A stretch of 64,000 nucleotides of DNA from Schmidtea polychroa (taxonomy: Eukaryota): NCBI GenBank assembly GCA_044892525.1, contig CM097885.1, forward strand, positions 20,646,001 to 20,710,000, in the 5' to 3' direction. The notes below the pieces were generated by a model that saw nothing but the letters and a program-made list of their open reading frames with translations, was not told the DNA's origin and did not search any database. Positions 21,566 through 33,987 of this stretch are shown here, one piece after another. Within the stretch, counting starts at the first letter, position 1, and the number at the start of each line of letters is the position of its first letter. Both the position numbers and the translations under genes were made by a program.

Positions 21566-24500
21566 ATGTCAGAAGGAGATAGTAAAAAGCTAACTAGAAA
21601 AGAAAGAAAGAAGCAAATATTTGAACAAAAATGTAACGAAAATAATGCCTTAAGCGATTCTGATGATTTAAATCAATTTGCTTTATCCCAAGCTATTGTT
21701 AATAATAATGTTATTCAAGATAATGCTATTGACATAAAAATCGAAAAGTTTGATATCAGTGCTGCTGGAAAAGAGTTATTTAAAAATGCATGTTTGCATG
21801 TAACTAAAGGAAGAAAATATGGTTTAATCGGTCCAAATGGTCATGGTAAAACTACATTGTTGCGACATATTGCTAATCGAAAGTTACAAATTCCATCAAA
21901 TATTGATTTATTGCTATGTGAACAAGATGTTGTAGCCGACGATACCATTGCCCTTGATGCTGTGCTCAGGTCTGATTCAAAGATGATGGATTTACTTTCG
22001 AAAGTTGAAAAATTAAAGTTTGAAGTTGAAATTAATGCATCTTCTAATGAAGCTATTGACAAACTCAACCATGCGTATGATGAATTAAATGCGATGGGTT
22101 CTAGTGCTTCTGAAAGTAAAGCCAGGCGTATTTTAGCTGGGTTGGGATTTACAGAAAAAATGATGATGAAACCTACAAAATCTTTCTCTGGAGGTTGGAG
22201 AATGCGTGTCAGTTTAGCACGAGCATTGTTTATCGAGCCAACTTTATTGTTGCTAGATGAACCTACCAATCATTTAGATCTAAATGCCGTCATTTGGCTG
22301 GACAAGTATAATTATAAATATATAAATATTCCTTTTAGCAATGGAATTTTAGTTATTTGCAACGTTGGAAAAAGACAATTTTGATTGTTTCTCACGATCA
22401 GTCTTTTTTGGATAATGTTTGCACAGATATTATTCATTTAAATCGAAAGAAATTGGATTATTACAAAGGAAACTATTGTAAGCTTTAATTATTTGCTATA
22501 GTTCTAATATTTAAACATGAATTTTAATTTAAAATGCTAAAGGCTGTGGAATTAATATGATTTTAATTGTGTATTTTATATTATTGGATTTAATTTAATC
22601 AACTTTTAAAATATTTTAATTCTAAAATAAGTTATTAAAATTTTAATCTTATTAAACTTTTATTATTATCATTTTTTATTGACTATACTTAAATTTTTCT
22701 ATTTATTTAAAAATTAAAATTTTGTATATAATTTAAATTGATTATATATTGATTATATGATATTAACTTTTATTAAACGCAATTGGAGATTTAATAAGAT
22801 TATAAGCTCAAAACAGACTTAAAATTTTTTCCCTTGTTGAGATATTTGGAAGCTTTTTATTAATCTGATTTTCAGCTATGTTCAAAGAAATGTTCGTTCA
22901 AAAATTAGTTCAAGATAGGAAAAAATATGACCAACAACAGAAAGATTTGAAAGATATGAAAAAGAAGGGACAGTCAAAAAAAGCTGCTGAAAAACAACAA
23001 AAAGATAATTTGTCTAAGAAACAGGCAAAATCTAATAAGAAAAAGGAGGAACAGGACATTGAACCGATTGAATTATTGGAAAAACCAAAAGAATATCAAG
23101 TGAAAGTAAAAGAAGAAATGAAAAAAAATAAAATTCCACATTTAACTAACAATTATAGTTCGATTTTCCAAATCCTCAAAAATTGAATGGATCGATTCTT
23201 AGCTTGACAAATGTTTCCTTCACTTATCCCGGCACAAACAGTACACTCTTTACTAAGGTTGATTTTGGGGTTGATATGAATTCACGCGTTTCCATTGTCG
23301 GACCGAATGGAGTGGGAAAATCAACTTTTCTAAAGCTCCTCACAGGAGAAATTGAACCGGTAACAGTTTATATTTATTTTGAGATACTATAGACATGTTT
23401 CCAATTTCGCGCTCTCTTCTAATGTTTATTTTTTCTTACTTTACTTCCTCTTCTATTTTTTTTCATTCATCCCTTACTCTTTTCTTTTGTACTCTTTTTT
23501 ATTTTTCTTTCCATACCTTTTCCTTGCTTTTCACCTTACTTCCTTTTTTACTATTTATTTCCCTTTAACTTTTTTCCTCTTACCTTTTTCTTTTTAATGC
23601 CTTCTTACTCTTCACTTTAAATCTTTTCGTTTCCTTTTCTTTTTTTGTACTCTTCACCTTTATTTACCTTTACCTATTTCTTACTTTCTTTTCCAATTAA
23701 TATCCACCAACTTTCTTTTCTTTTTTATCTTTTCCATTCTTTTTCCTTGTTTTTTTCCCTCTACTTTCATTTTTTACTATTTATTTACCTCTTACTTTCT
23801 TTTCTCTTTCCTTTTTAATGCCTACCTATTCCTCATTTTTATTCTCCTTTTTCCTTATAATTTTTCGCTTACTCTTCGTCTTTTTATTTTCCTCTATCAT
23901 TTTTTCACTTTTATTTTTCTTTCCTCCCCTTTTTAATGCTTGCTTACTCACTTTTTCCTTCTCTTCTTTTTTACTAATCTTTTTATGTCTTTTTTCTTCT
24001 CTCATTTCATTGGTCCTGAAATCCAATTATAGGATTGGCCGTTGTCATGCGCATTTATATGAAATATATTCATTCCAGACGGTTGGCGAGAGATCGGTAA
24101 ATCACCGAATTAAACTGGGCAAGTACAATCAGCACTCGGGGGATCAATTGAATATGAAAGAAACACCCGTTGAGTATCTCCGCCGATTGTTCAATTTACC
24201 TTATCAAGAAGCCCGTCAAAATCTCGGACGATTCGGTCTAGAGAGTCACGCTCATGAGATTCCTAATTCCAGCCTGAGCGGTGGCCAGAGAGCTCGAGTT
24301 GCGTTTGCTGAATTGGCTCTCATGAAACCGGATTTATTGATTCTCGATGAACCGACCAACAATTTGGATCTGGAATCGATTGAGGCTCTCTGTATTGCCA
24401 TTGAGAAATACGACGGCGGGGTTGTCATTGTCACTCACGACGAAAGGCTCATCAGACAGACCAATTGTTCTCTATGGGTTGTCGAGGACAGGAATATCAA

Positions 24501-24609
24501 TGAGATCGATGGAGAATTCGATGATTACAGAAAGGAGGTTCTATTAGCACTCAACGAGGAAGTTTCTAATCCATCCGCTGTTGCTGCTGCAGCCGGTGTT
24601 ATGGATTGA
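21566..24609 (+). CDS. ABCF1: ABC-F family translation factor, ABCF1/ABC50-like. Exons 21566-22305, 22353-22477, 22876-23105, 23159-23359, 24079-24609 (608 aa)
   Basis: Two ABC domains (GPNGHGKT and GPNGVGKS Walker A; SGGWRMR and LSGGQRAR signatures; [12 protein letters not shown] and [11 protein letters not shown]), no TM domains. GT-AG introns of 47, 398, 53 and 719 nt restore an open frame of 1827 nt. Confidence 0.9.
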
Positions 24610-24690
24610 TCAGTTGATTGATTTATTGATTGATTGGTTGATTTATTGATTGATCATTTGATTTATTGATTGATCGATTGATTTATTGAT
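24610..24690. repeat. (ATTG)/(GATTGATTTATT) short tandem repeat in the 3' UTR
   Basis: Directly visible tandem units. Confidence 0.8.
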
Positions 24691-25601
24691 CTCAGTGATA
24701 TCATCTGTTTGGTAATAAATATTTGACAGACTTGACTTTGTTTATCAATCAATATTATCCAATTTATATCGATATTTCCACATTTCTTCAATCCATATGG
24801 ATTTCACATTTCCCGATGTTTTCATCAATTCTTCTCTATAATTAATTGCCTATTTTCTCACTTGCTCAGAAATCAATATTTTTACATTTTTCAATAAATA
24901 TTTTAAATAACTTTTTCATGTTTTGTCTAATACATATTCAATGAGCCCAATAAGAAATTGCCCAGTTTCATGTAATCTCATATAGGGTTCAATCTTGATT
25001 TCTATTTTAAATTAATTAGATTTCTTTATTCCGGTACTAGATTGAAAATCCCGAGATTATAAATGAATCACATCTAGAAGCTGGCAATCACAAATATATA
25101 AGGTGAGAAAGGGCTCCAATGCGAGGCAGAACTCTGTAATTCTATAATTTCTTATAGAAATTGAAAATATTTTGTCACCAATATAATCATGAAAATGAAA
25201 AAATCCTGGATCAAGGTCAATTAAATGAATATAGCAAGGGATGTCATTTTCTGTGTTGCAAAGATATAAAAAGATACAATAATAATTCAAATACAACGCA
25301 ATAGGTGCATTGCAAACCAATAAGATTTTATCCGATCAATTTATTATTGTTCCAAAAAATAATTTTCAATTTTGGTATAATATTATAACAAAATGTGTTT
25401 ATTTTTAAACAGACATTCAATAATCATGTATTTCTAACAAATTTATCTAATGTGTTATATTCTTCGATAAAACAAAAATTATATAATCGAATAGTAAAAA
25501 ACCATAACACAATACAACACAAGTTGTAAATCAATAAGATTGTATAGAAATATTATTAATCAAAGTTGTAATTAATCATTAATTTGTTTAAATAAATTTA
25601 A

Positions 25602-26467
25602 AGTTGGATGCTGCAGGAAATGGCAAAAGCAGTTGCGAAAGGCAAGAATCCGGAAATCCGAGAAAAATCAATAAATTGTAAAGTTATCGAAATTAAATTT
25701 GGAAAGCGGGAAAGGTATAGATTAGCTGATGGTCAACAAGATGATGATTGGGGATTTATCAGAAAATGGTTAGAAAGAGTCGAAAAGCATTCGCATGAGT
25801 GAAAACAGAAGTCGTTAAATAATTAATTGGCTAATACAAAACCCGAGCCAATGGAGAACCCGAGAGATGAAGGAAACCCGAGATCGATTAACATGAAAAG
25901 TAAACAAAATGAGAATATTGGAAGGCCATTATCATGACAACATGATTAATGGAGACAAACAAAGTCAGGACTATTACAAAGGAACAGCAAAGGGAGCCAA
26001 TTAATCATGATATGGTGCAAACAACGTTCAAGGAGCCGGTTGTCAAACCATTGTCAGAAAGGAGCAATCAGGTCAAAAACCGATTAATCAAAGTGATTAT
26101 TTCAGTATAAAAGCAAAGTCGAAATTCAAAATAATCGGCATTTTGCCTCAGTTAGGGTACGAAGAAACGAGAATAAGCGAAAGGTAAAAACGAATTAAGG
26201 AGATTAGGGAAAAAGAAGATATAGAATAGGAATACGACAAAGTGAAAAAGGATCAAATCGAAAAAGGAAAACGTTGGTCAAGAGAACCTAAGGAAATAGA
26301 AGGTGAATATTATCTTTTGTCAAAGCATCAACACCGAGCGGAGAATCGGTCAAACTTGAACTTTGATTGTTTATTGTTGAGAGAAATATATTTTTGTGAT
26401 TCAAATATACGTTGGGTAGTTTTTTGTTTTGATTAAAAGGACACGAGGAGTTAGCTAAAACCCAACA
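25602..26467 (+). mobile_element. Solo LTR (Gypsy-type)
   Basis: Termini (A)GTTGG...CCAACA; internal TATAAAA; the 3' part (TTATCTTTTGTCA..GCATCAACACCGAGCG..TTCAAATATACGTTGGGTAG..GGACACG) is shared with the LTR at 54885-55819. Confidence 0.6.
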
Positions 26468-26483
26468 AATTGAAGAGACGAGA

Positions 26484-27353
26484 TCATTGGCAAAAATCTT
26501 TGAAAGTAACAAGTGAGAATTCAAAAGAATAATTTTTTGAGTAGTTTTGAATAAATATTCTATAGTAATTACACAATCCTAAAAAACTCCTAATATGTTT
26601 CACACAATTAGGCGGCTTTACATTTTTAATTGTTTCAATCTTAGAATCATCTGTTTTGATACCTTTTTCATTAATTATATGTCCAAGAAACTTTAATTCA
26701 GATACTAAGAACTGGCATTTCTCAGGGTTAATTTTTAGTCCTGATTTCCTAATTCTAAGGAAAAGTTTATTTATTCTTTCTTTTTCCTCTTCAATAGTTT
26801 TCGAAAAGATTAATATGTCATCTAAATAGACTAATGCTTCATTCCACATCATATCAACAATTATTAATGTCATAAGTCTTTGAAACGTTGATGGTGCGGC
26901 AGCTATTCCAAAAGGCATCCTATTAAAACAAAATTGGCCCTGTCTTGTAGAAAATGCTGTTTTCAATTTACTCTCTTCATCCAATTCAACCTGATAATAG
27001 GCATTTCCAAAGTCGATCGACGAAAAATATTTGGCCCTATACAAAGAATCAAGCATTTCATCAACATTCGGAATTGGAAAAGCTGGTCTAACTGTATTTG
27101 AATTTAAAATCCTTAAATCCAAAAACATCCGAATTTTAGAATTTCTCTTTTTTGGGACACATACTATTGGTGAATTCCAAGGTGATTCGCATTTCTCTAT
27201 AATTTTATTTTCCTCTAGGTTTTTAACAATTTCCTCTAGTTTTTCCTCATAATGCACTGGTTGTCGCCGCGGTTGAATTGGTATTGGGTTGCAAATAGTT
27301 TCTATTCTGTGCTTTAAAATATCTGTTTTGCCTATATCCCATTTATTATACAT
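26484..27353 (-). pseudogene. Gypsy reverse transcriptase, truncated before RNase H
   Basis: SPWNSP, FSSIDFGNAYYQV, MPFGI, YLDD, KINPEKC, FLGH, SFLGLCNYYR. Confidence 0.9.
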
Positions 27354-27381
27354 AAAAATATCTGAGAATTCAACAACTATT

Positions 27382-28041
27382 TCATATATCGGATTGCATT
27401 TTTTTAATTTTCAATATTTCATCCATAAATTTATTTTTATTATTTACTTTTAAAATATTACCAAATTTTGCTTGCAAACTGAGGACATTTTCATTACAAA
27501 ATTCAACTAACTTAATATTTAAAGAATTCGATATATCTATTCCTACAATTACTTCTGGGTATATTTCCTTAGCAACGAAAAATTCTCCAGTTAGTTCTTT
27601 ATCTTTAAACTCTAAACTTAGAGAAACTTTCCCTAAAATCCCTAACATACTACCGTTTGCGCATGATATCTTTCTATTTCCTTCATTAAAAAATTTTAAA
27701 TTCAATTATTCAGCAATCGATTGGGATAAAACACTTATTTTTGCTCCTGTGTCAAATAATGAATTAAAAGTCACATTATTTAATTTAACATTATTAAATG
27801 GTCTACCATCTACATTACAATATCCTATATCATATATATCTTTAATAACATTAACACTCGGTAATTTTAATTTTTTATTAGATATATTTAAAAAACAATC
27901 ATTTTTATCACAATCAGTCACAAATATACAGGCATTCACATTTTGTTCAGTATTAAAATTATTAATTAAATAAAAATCAGAATCAAATTTTTGATTGCGG
28001 AAAAGATCAACATTTAGATTATCAAACAAACACTCAACCAA
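27382..28041 (-). pseudogene. Aspartic protease region of pol, with an in-frame stop
   Basis: LFDTGAKISV active-site motif; ANGSML and IVGID flap/C-terminal motifs in the next in-frame segment. Confidence 0.85.
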
Positions 28042-28087
28042 ACAATCATTACATTCAGAATTATGGTCTTCAAAAAATTATCATTGC

Positions 28088-29281
28088 TTACATGTGATTT
28101 ATCGCTCCTAATATATCCCCTCTGTTTGGAGCTTTGGGATTTCCCCTTATTTCTGATTGTCCATCATAGTCGTTCGGTTCGTCATCATATACTGCAGCTA
28201 CATTTTCTCCATTGTTTAGATCATTTTCTTGATTAAAATGTCTATTGTATCGATTGAAATTCCCATGGTTTTGATTCGAAGTTCTTTGCAATCTCATTTT
28301 GTACTGATTCTGTTTTTGAAAAAACTGAAAACTTAAATGACCTGCTTTACCACAACACGAACATCGAATATTTGGACATTCCCGGCGAATATGACCAATT
28401 TCACGGCATGCGTAACATTGCACTTTTGAATATTGATCTGAACTTTGATTTTGATACCAGTTTCTATTTTGAGGTCTTTCACTGAGATTTCTATTGAAAT
28501 TTCTTTGATAATCTCGTGTTTGATAAGCTCGTCCTTCTTGGAATTGATTTCTTTGTAATTTTGAATATTCATTTTTGTTATCACTTTGATTTCGCGGATT
28601 TCCATAATTATTTCTTTTCTCATTATTATTGTATCGACCGTTTTTCACAATTGACGCGTATGAGGTACTTCCAACGGCTGAAACTTGTTGTATCTTGAAT
28701 TTCTCTTCATTAATTTTCTGTAAAATTCTTTTTATATATTTATTTGCCATTGGACCTTTTTGTACTGGCTCTCCATCATTTCTTAAATCTTCTTTTGATA
28801 ATTTTACTTTCAGTAAATCTTCCGTAAATCTTCCGCAGCATCTTTTTATTTCACGTTTTTCTTCTTCATTATCATGGCAATGTTTTAAGAAGAACGTTGT
28901 CAAATTTGACATTGTTAGGTTGTGCTTCAAGATTTTCTGAACACCTTTCTCAATCTTACTAATGTAAGTTTCTGCATCATCTTCTTTTTTTCGATAATTT
29001 AGCAGCTTTTCCAAATCCTTAGCTAAATCCAAGTTGTCTTCGAATGCTAATCTAAGCCTTTTCGTATAATCTTCTTCATCTCGAATTTTGTCATATTTGT
29101 TGCGGCAATTTTCATCCAAATAAGCTCGAACAATTACTTTTCTTTGACTATTGTCTAGCTGAATAATTGAAAAGTATGATTCAATCTTTTTAATAAATTC
29201 TTCCAAATCATCTTCGATTGAATAGATTTTCGGTTGTGGGAGAATCCGTAATAATTCCTGGGTTGAAAGCGTGGTCGCCAT
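28088..29281 (-). CDS. Gag with CCHC zinc knuckles
   Basis: CYACREIGHIRREC, plus a degenerate second knuckle CSCCGKAGHLSFQF. Confidence 0.9.
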   Translation of the reverse strand: MATTLSTQELLRILPQPKIYSIEDDLEEFIKKIESYFSIIQLDNSQRKVIVRAYLDENCRNKYDKIRDEEDYTKRLRLAFEDNLDLAKDLEKLLNYRKKEDDAETYISKIEKGVQKILKHNLTMSNLTTFFLKHCHDNEEEKREIKRCCGRFTEDLLKVKLSKEDLRNDGEPVQKGPMANKYIKRILQKINEEKFKIQQVSAVGSTSYASIVKNGRYNNNEKRNNYGNPRNQSDNKNEYSKLQRNQFQEGRAYQTRDYQRNFNRNLSERPQNRNWYQNQSSDQYSKVQCYACREIGHIRRECPNIRCSCCGKAGHLSFQFFQKQNQYKMRLQRTSNQNHGNFNRYNRHFNQENDLNNGENVAAVYDDEPNDYDGQSEIRGNPKAPNRGDILGAINHM

Positions 29282-29522
29282 GTAAAGAATAAGAATAATT
29301 GATAAATTCCAAAAACTTTATTTAAGAAATTGTGGTACTATTTATAGTACCCGGTGTGTCGACACCAACACAATCAGCAATAGCTTTTTGGGAAATAATA
29401 ATCAGTGATATAATTTGAGGACCCAGACAATCAAAAATGATAAATCACACATGCAGGCATTACATAATATAGGGTAAACGTTAGGGAAATCAAATATCTA
29501 TTATAATTACATCACAGATACC

Positions 29523-32266
29523 ATGAAAGAGTTTGGAGTAAAGTCAGTGAAAATCGATAATATAGAAACATCATTGATAAACAAAATCTACACTGATGAA
29601 GAAAGAATAAATAAAGCACTAGTGGCGATGTCAGATGAGAATAGTAAAGATATTGAAGGAATGATCAAGGAATACGCAGAATTTTTATGGAATCGAAATT
29701 TGATCTGGGATTTACAAACTTGGTTCGATATGAGATGCGGACAACAGGAGGCCCAATAATGCAACATCCTCGACGTCAACCAATGTGCATGGAGGAAAGG
29801 ATTGAAGAGCTGATAAAAGAGTTAAAGAAAGCAAATGTTATTCGGTGTTGCAAGAGTCCTTGGAATGCTCCATTAGTGATAGTATGGAAGAAAGATGGAT
29901 CCATCAAGATGTGTGTAGATTATCGTGTATTGAATTCCATAACAGAAAAGGAGTCATTTCCGATGCCTAATACCGAATTCTTACTAGACTATCTCGCGAA
30001 TGCAAAAATATTTTCGTCAATATATTTAGGTCAGGCGTATTATCAAGTAGAGTTGGCTCCTGAAATTCAAAAAATGACTGCATTCAGTACAAGAGAAGGA
30101 CAATTTTGATTCAATAGACTACCATTTGGCTTAGCAACAGCCCTTGCGACATTCCAGAGACTGATGCACACAGTTCTAGAAGAAATGCTATTCAAGGGAG
30201 TAGTAGTTTATCAAGATGATATCTTGATATATGGTAAAAGTCAAAAAGAATACGATGAGCTATTAAGGGAAATATTCAGAAGAATTCAAATGGTAGGACT
30301 GAAGATAAATCCAGAAAAATGTAAATTCAATAAAACAGGATTGTGTTTCCTTGGTCACACAGTTAATTAGAAGGGTATTCAGACAAACAGAAAGAAAGTC
30401 GAAGAGATTGAGAAAGCAGAAGTACCAAAATGTTCAAAACAATTGAGATCGTTTTTCGGATTTACGAACTACTATAGAAGATTCATTAAAGACTATGCCA
30501 AAATCGCCGAAACATTATACACTGCAACATCTGGATGCGATAAAGATATAAATTGGACTAAAGAATGCAATGAGAGCTTCCAAACTCTGAAGAGACAATT
30601 GCGCGAAGCACCTATCCTTGATTTTCGAAAAGAAGATAGAACTTTTATCCTAGACACAGACGCTAGTTTCGGAGCCATTGGTGCAGTTTTGAGTGAAATC
30701 ACAGAAGATGGAGAAGAATCTGTCATAGCTTATGGCTCGAGACATATGCCATCACATGAAAAGCGATACTGCTCGCCATACATGAATATTTAGAGAATAT
30801 CTGTACGTGAAAAATTCATAATTCGCACCGACCACAAAGCACTGGTTTTCATGAACACTACAAAAACGCCAATCAGTCCGCAGTTCCAAACATAGTTAGC
30901 TAACCTGTCGGAATATGATTTTGAACTAAAATATCGGAAAGGCGAAGAACATTCGAATGCAGATGGACTATCAAGATTAAAAAGTATGATTTGCACCCAG
31001 TGTCAAACAAGACATGAAGAAGCTAAGAAAGGAAAATCAAAGATTATATATATATACTATCCAAAGAACAGAAGCTATGGAAAAAGCAAGGGAACAACAT
31101 TAAAAGAACATTCGGTTTAGAGAACTGCGAATGATATTGGAAAATGGATGTACACGGGAAAAAAGAATTGTTTTCCTTTTAACGTAAAAAATACACAAAT
31201 TGATGGACAATTAATAACAGTAGAAAAGAACAAAAATATCTTAATGTTAGTCCCAGAAACATTTGCAGGCCTGTAACAACAACCCTATATGAAAAACTCT
31301 GTCACATAGGAGCTAAGAAATTATTTCATTACATGGAAAAGATATTTTATTGACCGAAAATGCAAGAAACAATTCAACTCTATTTACGATGTTGCGAGAT
31401 CTGCTCTAAGAGAAAGATCGATCAGACAAGAACCAAGGAAACATTTATTCCTAGATATAGTTCTGAATTCCTAAAACAGATTGTTATAGATGTGGCTTAC
31501 ATGAAAATAAACGCCATAAAAATATATGGTAGTAATGGTGGACCAGTTTAGCAAACTGATTTCTTTAACTGCAATCACAAAGCAAGATGAAGGGATAATT
31601 TTCAAAACGATACTTAATAGTTAGATCTATCGATTCGGAAAACCGAAGAGCATTTTAACTGATAGAGGCCGCAATTTCGAAGGGAATTTCCTAAGACAGA
31701 AGCTACAGAAACTTGGAATCAAGCAGGAATTCAGTTCACCTTCAGTTCGGTTTAGCCGAACGAGCCATATGAACGATAAGAGATCTTATTACAGCAACAT
31801 TGGCAGATGGATGTGAAGAGAGAAACTGGCACGAACTTCTACCTAGAATAGAATTCACTATAAATAGCAGTCGACAAAGTTCTACAGGTTTATCATCATT
31901 TGATATAATTTATTATTCTTTAACCTACACTCTAAACTGAAACAAGCCGAAATATCAAGAAGCGAAAAAATGGAAGACACGAGATTTAACTCGAGTAGAG
32001 CCGGAGACACTATGAGAGCTATGGATAAGATAAGGATGGACACTCGTGTTTTCGAGGTGGGGGAGGAGGTACTCGTATGTAAAGAACCGCAGAACAGGCA
32101 CAAAGATGGTATGCAATACGATGGCCCATATAAAATCGTCAGATTTCTATCACCTCATCGAGTCGAATTACATTCACAAGAAGAAACGAAAGAAAGAAGA
32201 ATCGAGTGGCTGAAGAAGTGGAAAAATTCTTACGAAGGGGAGAGTTACATATCTGAATTTGTTTAA
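29523..32266 (+). pseudogene. Decayed Gypsy pol (RT-RNase H-integrase) of a related family, ending at a PPT
   Basis: SPWNAP, CVDYR, YQDD, ILDTDAS..IGAVL, ADGLSR, integrase remnants and GPY, broken by several stops and frameshifts; PPT GAAGGGGAGAG at ~32233-32243. Confidence 0.9.
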
Positions 32267-33987
32267 ATAAATTTGAAGATGGATTTAAAGTTGGATTTAA
32301 CTCATACTATTATTATTTCTGTATAATAAATAATTTTCAATTCTTGTAGTCTTTTAATCGGATAAAATAAAATCGGATATTTAAAAATTAAATACTCTCA
32401 TGAGGACCATTAAGTTAGTGTAAAACAAATTAATATATTTTTTTCTAGTTTAATAATAATAGTACTAATAAATAATAATAAATAATCATAAAAGCAATAA
32501 ATAATAATAATAAAATTAACAATGGCTATAAAACTCAAGTTACTTAGGATAAAATATAGATAATTAATAAAATAAATAGTGTTAGGTATTTTGTACAAGT
32601 CGGTATCACTGTCTGACTCCTTTGTGTCCTTTGAAAATAAGTTAAACAACCCAACACAAACTCTTTATTTGAGACTAATACATTTATACTCTGGTTACAC
32701 TTTTTATTGATTCAACGACACTTGATACAACCCTTCTTTTGGTCTGCACTTTTCAATACCACTGTAAATCTTACGTAGGGATAAATCTTCCAATGATATA
32801 TGTCCTTTCTGGTACGCTCGATTTTTAAAATATTCAGTTATCGCTAAGTTTAAAGTTTTCTTTGGTTTTTCTCTCTCAAAATTGTTCGTTAACTTTTCTT
32901 CGACTAATTGGCAATTCTGTTTACTTGACGGTTGCTTTTCTACCCATCTCGTAATTGATTTTACTGTGCTAAATTAGTTCGGATTCAATTTCCCCCGCCG
33001 GGCTTTCTTTTGTGGCTTTGAGGAATTTGCTCGTCTCCTTTGACGGCTTGCCCCAATTTAATTTTAGTTGGCTTTAATTGCCTTTACTGATTTGATTGAA
33101 AATTAAGGTTCTCTCACATCGCTCGGGTTTCCCATTAGCTCAGGTTCTACATTAGTTAATTAATTTTTAATTAATTTTAGTTTTTTGTAATTAATTCCTT
33201 CTAGGTACCCCCCACTGATTTGATTTTATTATAGTTGGACTCGTCTCATTATCGACCGCTATAGTTTAAATTGACCTTAAACTGATCCAATTATCTTAAA
33301 TTGACAATGACCTTAAATTTTGACCCTAAAATTTAATTGACCTATTACACAATATGGCTTTAACCTCAAATGACCTTAACAGAAGAGTAGAAAGTGATTT
33401 AATGAGCTTATCACAAATTATTATACCTCTGTTTATTTCTTATGATACTTCTTGCAACTGTTTTTGACATTATAATTACTTTAATTTTTTTGATTTGTAT
33501 GCTTATTTACCGTATTTATTTGGTGTTTGTTCATGTTTTGATTTTTACTCTACTTAAGCTAGTGTTTGCGTGTTATTTTCAGACACATTATTGATCAGGA
33601 TCTCCATCTTCTTTACGGCAAAGGTCGGTTTTTTCCCGACAAAAGCAAGAAAATAACGTTACCTAAGAATATGAAAGGTAGTTACGGACTTGAAATAAAA
33701 GTAACTGTAATATAAAAGATATTCTAATAAAAGAGAATTTTTAAATAAATTATTCCATCATGGAAGCTTTCTTAAGAAAACATACAGAATAATTTATCTT
33801 ATTTTTAAATATAAACTTAAGGAGCTCCATAAATTTGAAATATTTTGTTAAGCGTTTAATTTTTTAATTATTACCTATTTATTTTTCCCCATAAAAATAT
33901 GCTGATTTTTCAATCTGCAATTCAATAAAACCAAGTCTGGGTCATCATCGGTCTGGGTCATCTTCGTATAGGTTGTTCAACTGTTGC

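Larger units (their letters stand above)
26484..29511 (-). mobile_element. Ty3/Gypsy element, 3'-truncated: 5' LTR (~29281-29511), PBS, gag, protease, RT
   Basis: On the minus strand the LTR end ..TTTACA is followed by the PBS-like TGGCGACCAC (29271-29280), which overlaps the gag ATG. Gag, PR and RT follow in order. Confidence 0.85.

Noticed and set aside
23379-24026. Phe/Leu-rich ORFs that look like multi-pass membrane proteins
   Set aside because: They are translations of the polypyrimidine intron of ABCF1.
32570-33100. Broken minus-strand coding-like stretch with a basic RRRANSSKPQKKARRGK segment
   Set aside because: Interrupted by stops, no recognisable family; probably a decayed repeat.
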